IMG/VR virus record: IMGVR_UViG_3300027644_000013
Coordinates: 1 to 59,554 of that record
DNA length: 59,554 nucleotides
From: a virus
Lineage: Duplodnaviria > Caudoviricetes
Strand: one strand, 5' to 3'
This document shows, piece by piece, positions 1 through 8,611 of this stretch. The notes beneath the pieces were generated by a model. It saw nothing but the letters and a program-made list of their open reading frames with translations. It was not told the DNA's origin and ran no database searches. The translations under genes and the position numbers were made by a program. Numbering within the stretch: position 1 is the stretch's first letter; each line of letters opens with the position of its first letter.

Positions 1-215
1 ACCCTATACCCCCCCCCTCCCCCTTTTTTCTAACACGCCTCTCTTATAAAATCTAACGTCAGACTCTATTATTAAAAGCCCCACAATCGCTTTGTAATGC
101 CCCTAGAAACGATCCGAGTCGTTAGAATGCGTAATGTTAGCATAGCCTTTCTAATTCGAGTTTAATAAAGAAAAACACGAACGTATGTGGCGACAGCCAC
201 TCCCCTGTATATCTA

Positions 216-243
216 GCTTCTGGCTTCTGGCTTCTGGCTTCTG
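216..243. repeat. Tandem heptamer (GCTTCTG)x4
   Basis: GCTTCTG at 216, 223, 230 and 237 in non-coding DNA. Confidence 0.95.
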
Positions 244-246
244 CCC

Positions 247-379
247 CGTGATTATTTCGTTGCAAGGGCGTGACAGAGCGTGACGTGTCACGACTTGTTT
301 TTGGAATAGGTTAATTATTAGAAACTACCAAGGCGTGACATTTGCGTGACAAAACCGTTATGTCACGATTTCTGTCACA
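247..379. promoter_or_regulatory. Iteron-like array (putative replication origin or resolvase res site)
   Basis: GCGTGAC at 268, 278, 333, 344 and inverted TGTCAC at 286, 361, 373, in two clusters around an AT-rich spacer, just upstream of the resolvase. Confidence 0.6.
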
Positions 380-459
380 GAAACCTTGTCCGAAAGGGTA
401 CCCCCTTTTAATTCGGACACCCTGCCACAAATTTGGGAACAGCAAAGGACTACAGGGAT

Positions 460-1098
460 ATGACTACATCAAATGCTGGTATCTATTTAAGAGTATCTAC
501 AGACGAACAGAACACCGACCTTCAAAAGGATAACCTTACCCAGATCTGCAAGGCTCGGGGCTGGACTCCTGTATTCTATGAGGATCACGGAATATCTGGG
601 TCGGTTACCGAACGCCCAGCCTTGGACAAGATGATGCGGGCGGCGATGGACAAGGAGATCCAAGTTATCTTGGCTTGGAAGCTCGATAGGCTTGGTAGGT
701 CTACCCAACACTTGGCTGGATTGATTAACGACCTTCTTTCGTATGATTGCGGGTTATGTGTCCCCTCCCAAGGTATCGACACGACAGGCGGTACGATGAA
801 CCCCGCCTCCAAGTTACAGCTTAATGTGTTGGCGGCCGTTGCAGAGTTTGAGCGGGATCTGATTCGTGAGCGTACCAAAGCTGGGATGCGTGCCGCTATG
901 GATCGAGGCGTACATTGTGGTCGGCTTACATCCGTTACCCAAGAACAGCTCCAGCTTGCTAGGCTTGTGATTGATTCTGGTGAGGTGGTAAGTGTCCGTC
1001 ATTTGTCCCGAACACTAGGACTTTCACCAGGAACAGCTTGGCGTCTATGGCGAAAGGTATTAAAGGAGAAAGCAACAACGAGAAGCCAAGATGATTAA
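460..1098 (+). CDS. Small serine recombinase (resolvase/invertase family)
   Basis: YLRVSTDEQ catalytic Ser, DHGISG, ERPAL, KLDRLGRS, AVAEFERDLIRERTKAG, C-terminal HTH; ATG 460 preceded by AAGGA. Confidence 0.95.
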   Translation: MTTSNAGIYLRVSTDEQNTDLQKDNLTQICKARGWTPVFYEDHGISGSVTERPALDKMMRAAMDKEIQVILAWKLDRLGRSTQHLAGLINDLLSYDCGLCVPSQGIDTTGGTMNPASKLQLNVLAAVAEFERDLIRERTKAGMRAAMDRGVHCGRLTSVTQEQLQLARLVIDSGEVVSVRHLSRTLGLSPGTAWRLWRKVLKEKATTRSQDD

Positions 1099-1148
1099 AC
1101 TACTTACAGGAATCCCCAAAGCTGGAAGGCCTAGCGTCTTTAATAAAC

Positions 1149-1727
1149 TTACTGGCTGGTCTCGGCTTGTGCTTCTACCGAAGTTTCGATTGGGCGTGGA
1201 TCCGAAGACTCAGTATGAGATGTCGGATAAGAACCAGAAGTGGCCGACGCTGTACCATCAGCCTCCTTGTTATCGGGGGGAGAACTAGCCTTACAATATC
1301 GGTTGTAATACCCCTGCCCCCACCAAGTCAAAATCTCCTCCCCTGCTTTGATATCTTTGATTGCGTAGAAAAGCACCAACCTCTGATTTGCTATTACCTT
1401 GTACGCACAATTTGATAGCTCCTTTGTTTCAGCGGAGTTGTAAATACAACCATTGCCCAAAGGTAAAACAGCTTGCGCTCCGTGCCTTTTACATTCCTCG
1501 CACTCGCAATTAGCCCAGTAAGAGTAGCGACGAAACTCTGGGTCGTGCTGATACTTATTGCGATAGTCCATCACAATGGAATGACAAAACTCAATCGGCC
1601 TTCCCTTCTCAATATCGATATCTGCAAAAACTCCCAGCCCCTTGCTCCCAGCTTCTTTGACTCGTAGGTGTGGCGTGAAGAACCCGTCGGTCTTCAACTT
1701 GTCCCAAGCCTCTTTCACGTCGGCCAT
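1149..1727 (-). CDS. SET-domain protein (lysine methyltransferase-like)
   Basis: KGLGVFADIDIEKG, LGNGCIYNS...NC, FYAIKDIKAGEEIL; start at ATG 1727. Confidence 0.85.
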   Translation of the reverse strand: MADVKEAWDKLKTDGFFTPHLRVKEAGSKGLGVFADIDIEKGRPIEFCHSIVMDYRNKYQHDPEFRRYSYWANCECEECKRHGAQAVLPLGNGCIYNSAETKELSNCAYKVIANQRLVLFYAIKDIKAGEEILTWWGQGYYNRYCKASSPPDNKEADGTASATSGSYPTSHTESSDPRPIETSVEAQAETSQ

Positions 1728-1778
1728 TTCAAAAACAAATATCTGAAATAAAAAGCGATACCACACCCCACGGAGCTA

Positions 1779-1787
1779 TGCGTCGCT
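1779..1787. promoter_or_regulatory. TGCG(T/A)CGCA-type site 1 (divergent)
   Basis: TATGCGTCGC; centre 1783 is 56 nt from both ATG 1839 (+) and ATG 1727 (-). Confidence 0.75.
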
Positions 1788-1838
1788 TGATAACGAAAAG
1801 TGCTTTTGAAAAAATATCGCCGATCCCATTCTCGCCGA

Positions 1839-2102
1839 ATGGGAGACAAATACAAAGGACCAGTTGAAGAATTCGCAATGCCACATGACATCAAAAGCAA
1901 AAGAAAGCCCATGGAGCGGATCTCCAATCAATCCACACTGAAGAAAAAAACAGCTTGGTCGAGCGACGGAAGCGACAGATTCGATACTTATGAGGAAATG
2001 GATTCAGCAAGACGCAATAAAGTCGCCAACACTCCGATGGCTCGCGCCAAGTACGCCGACAAGGCCCCCAAAATTAACATCCGCAAGGCTTATCAAGAGT
2101 AA
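1839..2102 (+). CDS. Small basic protein with C-terminal KINIRKAYQE tag
   Basis: MGDKYKGP...KINIRKAYQE; shares N- and C-terminal motifs with its neighbours. Confidence 0.75.
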   Translation: MGDKYKGPVEEFAMPHDIKSKRKPMERISNQSTLKKKTAWSSDGSDRFDTYEEMDSARRNKVANTPMARAKYADKAPKINIRKAYQE

Positions 2103-2105
2103 TTT

Positions 2106-2303
2106 ATGGCCGATAAATACGCTGGCCCAGAAGATACCTACGGAGCGACTGACGCCGAGAACCAGAATAACGCCCTGCGAATGGGTGCGGATAATTCCAT
2201 CAATGATCCCAACTGGAAACTCAATAAGACTCTTATTAAGAAATTCGTTCCAAAGAAGCTCTCCAAAAAGAAAATCAACGTAGCCAAGTCCTACCAAGAG
2301 TAA
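2106..2303 (+). CDS. Small basic protein with C-terminal KINVAKSYQE tag
   Basis: MADKYAGP...KINVAKSYQE; tightly coupled to neighbours. Confidence 0.75.
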   Translation: MADKYAGPEDTYGATDAENQNNALRMGADNSINDPNWKLNKTLIKKFVPKKLSKKKINVAKSYQE

Positions 2304-2470
2304 TGAAAGGTCTCTACGCCAACATTCACGCCAAGCGGAAACGAATTGCCGCTGGAAGTAACGAGAAAATGCGTAAGCCTGGGTCGGAAGGTGCGCCCAC
2401 GGCAGAAAACTTTAAGCGGTCAGCAAAGACAGCCAAAAAAATAAACATCCGCAAATCCTACGCCGAGTAG
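2303..2470 (+). CDS. 55-aa basic phage protein (not in ORF track)
   Basis: Translated by hand: MKGLYANIHAKRKRIAAGSNEKMRKPGSEGAPTAENFKRSAKTAKKINIRKSYAE; TAATG coupling; GLYANIHAKR resembles a recurrent small phage protein. Confidence 0.85.
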   Translation: MKGLYANIHAKRKRIAAGSNEKMRKPGSEGAPTAENFKRSAKTAKKINIRKSYAE

Positions 2471-2472
2471 TT

Positions 2473-2718
2473 ATGGAATCGGCTGAATACGCTGGCCCTT
2501 TGCCAGAATCAGAATTAGCCAAGAAAAAGAAAAAACAAGAAGCCGAATCTTCAGATATGGGCAACGTGGGTGGGATAGAGGATGGATTTGCCCTATCAAA
2601 AAACAAAGCGTTTGGATTTGGATACGAGGGAGAAGCCAAAAATACATTTACAGCCGATGGATTAGCCGCCGTCAACCAGCACTATGCCCAAGCCCAAGCG
2701 GCGAAAGAGATGCAGTGA
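2473..2718 (+). CDS. Small hypothetical protein (EYAGP N-terminus)
   Basis: Fills the operon; MESAEYAGP. Confidence 0.7.
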   Translation: MESAEYAGPLPESELAKKKKKQEAESSDMGNVGGIEDGFALSKNKAFGFGYEGEAKNTFTADGLAAVNQHYAQAQAAKEMQ

Positions 2719-2984
2719 AAAGTCCCGCTTGGCAACGCAAGCAAGGGAAAAACCCAGACGGAGGCCTCAACGAGGCTGGGAGACGTAGCTACAACAGAGA
2801 AACTGGTGGCACGCTCAAAGCTCCAGTAAGTCGTGAAGAAGCCTCCAATTCAGAAACATCGGCCGCAAGGCGGAGATCTTTCTGCGCCAGAATGCAGGGC
2901 ATGAAACGAAAACTAACTTCAAGCAAAACAGCCAGCAACCCAGACAGCCGAATCAATAAGAGCCTTCGCAAGTGGGACTGCTAG
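2715..2984 (+). CDS. Conserved basic phage protein (DUF6321-like)
   Basis: PAWQRKQGKNPDGGLN...SFCARM...SRINKSLRKWDC pattern recalled from phage head-region proteins. Confidence 0.75.
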   Translation: MKSPAWQRKQGKNPDGGLNEAGRRSYNRETGGTLKAPVSREEASNSETSAARRRSFCARMQGMKRKLTSSKTASNPDSRINKSLRKWDC

Positions 2985-3178
2985 TGAAAAAGAACCTTGG
3001 GCTAATCAAGTTTGGTAAATCTCGGCCAGCTCCAAAAATGGTCGAAGTGGACGTTACCTTTGACGCTGTAGCCGAGAAGAGGCTTTTTCAAAGCGGAATG
3101 AAGTTATTGAAAAAAGACAGACAGGCCGTCATTTCCTACGCAATTCAAGAAGCCTTAAAACAAATAGCAAAGTCTTGA
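2984..3178 (+). CDS. Hypothetical protein
   Basis: TAGTG-coupled ORF between neighbours. Confidence 0.55.
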   Translation: MKKNLGLIKFGKSRPAPKMVEVDVTFDAVAEKRLFQSGMKLLKKDRQAVISYAIQEALKQIAKS

Positions 3179-3444
3179 AAAGGTCGCCCCTCCGCAGGGT
3201 GTCCAAGAAGCGAGCCAAACAGAACAGGCTCTACACAAAGATCCGTAAAGATTACCTAGACAAGAAACCTATGTGCGAAGTCTGCCATTCCAGACTCGCC
3301 GACCAGATCCACCACAAAAGAGGTCGCTTTGGAGACAGGCTAACCGACGCTGGTTACTTCCTGGGGGTTTGCTTCAGTTGCCACGATAAGATCCATAAGA
3401 ACCCAGCTTGGGCATATTCAGAAGCTCACATGATTATGCGATAA
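3175..3444 (+). CDS. HNH endonuclease-like protein
   Basis: CEVC...IHHKRGR...VCFSCHDKIH. Confidence 0.85.
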   Translation: MKRSPLRRVSKKRAKQNRLYTKIRKDYLDKKPMCEVCHSRLADQIHHKRGRFGDRLTDAGYFLGVCFSCHDKIHKNPAWAYSEAHMIMR

Positions 3445-3451
3445 CGACGCA
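3443..3451. promoter_or_regulatory. TGCG(T/A)CGCA-type site 2
   Basis: AACGACGCATA; centre 3447 is 55 nt before GTG 3502. Confidence 0.65.
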
Positions 3452-3501
3452 TACCGCAGATCCTGTTTGCTGGATTGGTAATAGGTTCGAGCGTGTGATT
3501 T

Positions 3502-4926
3502 GTGGCAATACAAATTCCATACACGGACGGCTTCGTTCCCGAGCCAAGCGTCTCAAATGCCGAGTCCAAGGACAACAAGGGCGTTGCTTACGGCTATGCC
3601 CCGCTGGACGCAAACGCTAAAGTTCCTACAGCCAATCTGCCCGATCAAGCCGCACTAGACGCAGAGGTTGACGGGAAAATCACAACGCATAATTCGGCAA
3701 CAACCTCAGTCCACGGAATTGCGAACACGGCCAATCTGGTTTTGACTAACGACGCAAGGCTTTCAGATCCCCGAACACCAACTGCCCATAGTCATGCAAT
3801 TTCCGAAGTAACAAGCCTACAAACAGCTTTAGACGGAAAGGCATTGTCATCCCATACGCACACGATTGATAATGTAACAGGGCTACAAACAGCCCTAGAC
3901 GGCAAGCAGGCCTCTGGTAGCTATGCCCCCGCAACTGGGATTGCCCCTTCTGCCATTACTGGTACTGCGGTTGTCACCAATGATTCAAGGCTTTCAGATT
4001 CCAGAACACCAACCTCTCACACTCACGGAAATATAACAAATGCTGGTGCAGTAGGCTCAACTGCTAACCTTCCTTTAATCACTACAACCTCTGGCGTTGT
4101 AACCACGGGAACTTTTGGCACTACTACTAACAGCTTTTGCCAAGGAAATGATTCAAGGCTGTCTGATTCCAGAACACCAACGACCCACACTCACGCCATT
4201 TCTGATGTCACCAACCTCCAGACAACTTTGGATGGGAAAGCCCCGACCTCTCACACGCACGGGAACATAACCAATGACGGGAAAGTTCTTGTTCCATACG
4301 GAGGCATTATCTCCGCCTCTGCCCTTGACGCATTTTCTGGGGCTGGAACATACCCGATGATCCAAGGCTCGGGGGTAGGTGGCTCAATCCAAGTTGCCTC
4401 AAATGGTGCAATCACCATAGAAAGTGCGGGTACTGGATATGTGGATGGACTTGCGTTAAGAGCGGGTGGAAGCAGATTTATTCTTGTAACTCAATCCACT
4501 CAAAACGCCCCTGCCAATCTTCCAGTTATTACGACAACTGGGGGTGCGATTACCGCTGGATACCTTCCTGACTCAAGACAACTTGTCATCGCTTGCTCTG
4601 ATGAAGTAAGCAATCTCACAGTAGGTACAAACAAAGTTACTTTTCGATCCCCCTATGCTTTTACGCTTACTGGTGTCCGTGCCTCGGTTAATCTCGCCCC
4701 AACAGGCTCTGCAATCATTGTGGACATTAACGAAAACGGAACGAGTGTGCTTTCGACCAAACTATCAATAGATGCAAACGAGAAGACTTCGCTAACCGCA
4801 GCTTCTCCCGCCGTCATTTCAGATTCCTCTATTGCTAACGACGCTGAAATCACCATCGACATCGACCAGATCGGCTCCGCGATCGCTGGCAAGGGGCTTA
4901 AAGTCGTTTTAATCGGACAGGCATGA
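3502..4926 (+). CDS. Tail fibre protein
   Basis: Repeated DSRLSDSRTPTxHTH and LQTALDGK units with HxH motifs, Thr/Gly-rich, globular C-terminal domain. Confidence 0.8.
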   Translation: MAIQIPYTDGFVPEPSVSNAESKDNKGVAYGYAPLDANAKVPTANLPDQAALDAEVDGKITTHNSATTSVHGIANTANLVLTNDARLSDPRTPTAHSHAISEVTSLQTALDGKALSSHTHTIDNVTGLQTALDGKQASGSYAPATGIAPSAITGTAVVTNDSRLSDSRTPTSHTHGNITNAGAVGSTANLPLITTTSGVVTTGTFGTTTNSFCQGNDSRLSDSRTPTTHTHAISDVTNLQTTLDGKAPTSHTHGNITNDGKVLVPYGGIISASALDAFSGAGTYPMIQGSGVGGSIQVASNGAITIESAGTGYVDGLALRAGGSRFILVTQSTQNAPANLPVITTTGGAITAGYLPDSRQLVIACSDEVSNLTVGTNKVTFRSPYAFTLTGVRASVNLAPTGSAIIVDINENGTSVLSTKLSIDANEKTSLTAASPAVISDSSIANDAEITIDIDQIGSAIAGKGLKVVLIGQA

Positions 4927-6266
4927 GCTTCCTAATTAATCCATACATATTTGGGCTTCAGCTTGAGTTCTGGACTAACCTTTTATTTACTTCTGGTAAG
5001 ATTGTTACAGGATTTGTAGCGACTTTCACCAATGCATTGACTGTAAGCTGGGGTGACGGAACAACTACGCCCCTCACAAGCGGGGTGAGTGTAAATAAGA
5101 CTCTGGGGACTACGAATGGTATTGAGCTTGAAAATGACAACGCCGTTGTTACAAAAATTATCTGCGGTACAAGCTCTCCAAGACTTGGTGGAACTATTAA
5201 TTTATCTGCTTTTCCTAATTTACAAGAGTTTAGATGCAATTCCAATGACATTACAGCACTGTCTGGTTATGCTCAAAATAGTAATTTCAAAACTATTCAT
5301 TTTTCTGATAATAAAGTAATTGGATCTATTCCCAGCTTAAGTGCATTGAATAATTTGGAAAATTTTTATTGCTACTCAAACCAACTCACGGGATCAATTC
5401 CAAGTTTGAGTGGATTTATTAGATTACAAAATTTTAATTGTCACTCAAACCAACTCACGGGATCAATTCCAAGTTTAAGCGGATTGAACGATTTGCAAAG
5501 TTTTTCTTGCCTCCAAAACCAACTTACAGGGTCGATTCCAAGTTTAAGTGGATTAAGTAATCTAAGAGAATTTTATTGCTACTCAAACCAACTAACAGGA
5601 TCGATTCCAAGTTTAGCTGGATTGAGTAGTCTGAGAGATTTTGCTTGTTATTCAAACCAGCTCACAGGAACAATTCCAAGTTTGAACGGAATGTGGCTAA
5701 CTAATTTGCGGATATTCCGTTGCAACAATAATCAACTCACAGGAACAATTCCAAGTTTAAGTGGATTGAATTATTTACAAGTATTTTATTGTTATTCAAA
5801 CCAGCTTACAGGATCAATTCCGAACTTAAGCCCAGGGGGTGCAGGTGGGGATTTGAGAGATTTTCGTTGCAACAATAATCAACTCACAGGATCGATTCCC
5901 TCTTTAAAGGATTGTTTTTTTCTAGAAAATTTTGTTTGCTACTCAAATCAACTTACAGGATTAATTCCAAATTTAAGTTTGGTTTATATTCGGTCGTTTT
6001 ACTGCTACTCAAATCGATTAACAGGCTTTGCGGGCGAAAATGTGTCGGGCTATATCTCTAATAGTCTGGGTGATTTTAGGGCGGAAAATAATCTTTTAAC
6101 GGCTAACGCAGTAAACGCAATCTTAGCGGCTTTTGTTACAGCAAACAAAACAACTGGTACTAGAATTTTGAATTTGGGTGGAACAGGAAACGCTTCACCT
6201 ACTGGCCAAGGGATAACAGATAAAGCTACTCTTATTTCCAGAGGGTGGACAGTAACTACAAACTAA
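4923..6266 (+). CDS. Leucine-rich repeat protein (plant-type LRR consensus), probably fibre-associated
   Basis: About 12-13 repeats of LxxLxxLxxFxCxxNQLTGSIPS (mostly 23 aa); ATGA coupling to fibre gene; AT-rich. Confidence 0.9.
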   Translation: MSFLINPYIFGLQLEFWTNLLFTSGKIVTGFVATFTNALTVSWGDGTTTPLTSGVSVNKTLGTTNGIELENDNAVVTKIICGTSSPRLGGTINLSAFPNLQEFRCNSNDITALSGYAQNSNFKTIHFSDNKVIGSIPSLSALNNLENFYCYSNQLTGSIPSLSGFIRLQNFNCHSNQLTGSIPSLSGLNDLQSFSCLQNQLTGSIPSLSGLSNLREFYCYSNQLTGSIPSLAGLSSLRDFACYSNQLTGTIPSLNGMWLTNLRIFRCNNNQLTGTIPSLSGLNYLQVFYCYSNQLTGSIPNLSPGGAGGDLRDFRCNNNQLTGSIPSLKDCFFLENFVCYSNQLTGLIPNLSLVYIRSFYCYSNRLTGFAGENVSGYISNSLGDFRAENNLLTANAVNAILAAFVTANKTTGTRILNLGGTGNASPTGQGITDKATLISRGWTVTTN

Positions 6267-6267
6267 T

Positions 6268-6504
6268 ATGAAAATTTATTCTAATCAAAATGTAAATGCA
6301 GAACAGATTATCCCATTTCCAGATGAAGTTCATACTACGGAATTAGACTGGTGGATGATTTATGATGCTGATACAAAGGTAATTACAATTCAACCAATAC
6401 AATGCTCTGGGTACACATCTAGCCCCTTGACCATGGTTATTGCAGATACTGAAGAAGAATTAGAACAGTATGTTATAGATAATAAATTAGGACTAACCCT
6501 ATGA
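6268..6504 (+). CDS. Small acidic protein (possible fibre chaperone)
   Basis: Directly follows the LRR gene with the same AT-rich composition. Confidence 0.6.
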   Translation: MKIYSNQNVNAEQIIPFPDEVHTTELDWWMIYDADTKVITIQPIQCSGYTSSPLTMVIADTEEELEQYVIDNKLGLTL

Positions 6505-6710
6505 GCTACAACCGAGAAAAAGAAGCCCTAGCGGCGATCTCCTATCTTCACGATGAAGGATTCTTGGAATGCTTCCTAGACAAGGATGGAACTCCTTGCG
6601 TTCGATTAACCATTGGACTTCGTGAAGCCAGAAAAACAATTTCCACGTTAGCAAAGAAAATCAACAAACCGACTGATTCTGCCGATTGGTGGAAGTATGA
6701 AAAAAAATAA
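6501..6710 (+). CDS. Hypothetical protein
   Basis: ATGA-coupled ORF, ends ADWWKYEKK. Confidence 0.6.
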   Translation: MSYNREKEALAAISYLHDEGFLECFLDKDGTPCVRLTIGLREARKTISTLAKKINKPTDSADWWKYEKK

Positions 6711-6806
6711 GCTAAAGAGCCTTTCGGAGAAGCGTCGGGAAAACAAATTCGGAGAGTGGAAAACAGCCACCTTTGGATCTGGTAAAGGCACGGAAGTCTA
6801 CTGGCA

Positions 6807-8552
6807 ATGGCCGAAAAAGAAAAAGCGCAAGTAACCATCGAGACCATCGAAGCGGTTGCACAGGCCGACTTCCTTGCGTGGTGGGAGACCTACACCAAGA
6901 TCCTTACTAAGGACGCAAAGCTGGTAAGCCCAAGGGCTAACTATCTCCAGAAGCACGTTGCCCAAGTCATCCGCTGGCTAAAGAAGAACCAAAAACCTAT
7001 TCGCCTTGTTGTCTTGAAGCCTCGGCAGATGGGATCAAGCACCATTACGGCCGCCGTCATTACTCACTTTATCCGTAGCACAGAAAACGCTACGGCCTGT
7101 GTTCTCGGCGACGAGCTGGATACCTCTCAGAACCTTCTGAATATGGTAAATCGGTATGTAGAAAACGACAATCTCGACTGGGGGCAGACATACAGCGTCT
7201 CCAGAGGCGAATTATCCAACGGAAGCCGAATCGCCAAGGAAACAGCCAACGATCCTGGTGCAGGGCGGTCTATGACCCTCCAAGCCCTTCTCTGTTCTGA
7301 GGTCGCCCACTATCGTCGAGCTGGAGAGCGGTCTGGTGAAAAGATCCTATTGGCTATTCGTAACTGCGTACCCACCTCACCCAACACCATTGTCATCGAG
7401 GAATCCACCCCGAACGGAGCTGGTGGAGCTTTTTACAATACTTGGCAAAGTGCGGTCACATTTGATGAGTACAAGAGCGGGAAAACAGGAAACGGATACA
7501 TCCGAATTTTCGCCGCTTGGCATAACTTCGAGGAAAACCAAGAGCCTGTAACTGAACCTCTTGAGCTGTCTTTTAAGGAGCAATCCCTACAAGAGGAGTT
7601 TTCGCTGACCGATAACCAACTTGCTTGGAGGCGTCGAGTCATCAAGGAGAAGTGCGGTGGAGATGTTAAACAATTCGAGCAAGAGTACCCTTCTGACCCA
7701 ATCAGTTGCTTCTTGGCGTCTGGACGGCCTCGATTTGACCTATCTGGCATATCAGCTCTCGAAAAAACCATAAAAGACCCAATTTATGGCACAATCGACG
7801 TACCTACTAACTTCACAAAACCCATTTTTAGGAGCTGTTCTATGGCCGAAAGCTGGGCGTGGTTATGGGAAAATCCAAAAGAAAACGGCAGATACCTAAT
7901 TTCAGCAGATTGTATGACAGGCAACTCACAAGTCTCTGGATCTGACCCAGATTCCCACTCTGTGGTCGTTTTAAGGGCTGGATACTTCGATTCTGACGGC
8001 TCGTGGATCCGCCCTGCCCTCGTGGCAAGGGTCAGACCTCCCTGCCGAGTCGATATTGACGTATTAGCCGAGTTTATTGAGAGACTTTCCCTGTTTTACG
8101 GAGGGTGTTTGGTAGTCCCAGAAGTCAACGGCCCAGGACTGGCCCTTATCGAGCTACTCAAAGAATCAAGCATTAACCTTTATCAGCGTGAAATCTTCAA
8201 TTTACGAGAATCTAGGCGTAGCAAGGCCTTGGGATGGCAGACCACAGACAAGACCAGACGCATTGTCATTGAGGAACTTGCGTCAGCTATCAGAGATCAC
8301 GACGAAAAAGGGTCTGGAATCGACATACATTGCCGTCACGCCATCGAGGAGTTGAAGACCTTTGTTATCACAGACAGCGGTAGATCTGAGGCGGCCGCTG
8401 GGAGGCACGATGACGATGTTCTGGCAATAGCTATCGGGCTTACCACCATCGCAGGGGCTACCAGATTTAACACCCCATCAGCAGTAAGGACTTTACCCAA
8501 GGATCTTCAGCAAATCTATATGGCAAGAACCCCTGTCGCCAGTTACTCCTAA
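6807..8552 (+). CDS. terL: Terminase large subunit
   Basis: LKPRQMGSST Walker A, LLCSEVAH Walker B, ESTPNG motif III, FEQEYP, nuclease ISADC...EVN...HDDDVLA. Confidence 0.95.
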   Translation: MAEKEKAQVTIETIEAVAQADFLAWWETYTKILTKDAKLVSPRANYLQKHVAQVIRWLKKNQKPIRLVVLKPRQMGSSTITAAVITHFIRSTENATACVLGDELDTSQNLLNMVNRYVENDNLDWGQTYSVSRGELSNGSRIAKETANDPGAGRSMTLQALLCSEVAHYRRAGERSGEKILLAIRNCVPTSPNTIVIEESTPNGAGGAFYNTWQSAVTFDEYKSGKTGNGYIRIFAAWHNFEENQEPVTEPLELSFKEQSLQEEFSLTDNQLAWRRRVIKEKCGGDVKQFEQEYPSDPISCFLASGRPRFDLSGISALEKTIKDPIYGTIDVPTNFTKPIFRSCSMAESWAWLWENPKENGRYLISADCMTGNSQVSGSDPDSHSVVVLRAGYFDSDGSWIRPALVARVRPPCRVDIDVLAEFIERLSLFYGGCLVVPEVNGPGLALIELLKESSINLYQREIFNLRESRRSKALGWQTTDKTRRIVIEELASAIRDHDEKGSGIDIHCRHAIEELKTFVITDSGRSEAAAGRHDDDVLAIAIGLTTIAGATRFNTPSAVRTLPKDLQQIYMARTPVASYS

Positions 8553-8561
8553 TGCGTCGCA
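8553..8561. promoter_or_regulatory. TGCG(T/A)CGCA-type site 3
   Basis: TGCGTCGCA; centre 8557 is 55 nt before ATG 8612. Confidence 0.75.
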
Positions 8562-8611
8562 CCCAACAGAAAATCTGTTGAGGCCTACACTCTGTTGTCC
8601 AGTTGTTGTAG

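Noticed and set aside
1-30. Poly-C/poly-T tract as a phase-variation switch
   Set aside because: Non-coding, at the contig edge, with no linked gene or promoter I can support
5330-6030. 69-bp quasi-repeats as a CRISPR array or DGR template/variable repeat
   Set aside because: They are in-frame coding LRR units with no unique spacers, and no reverse transcriptase or cas operon was seen
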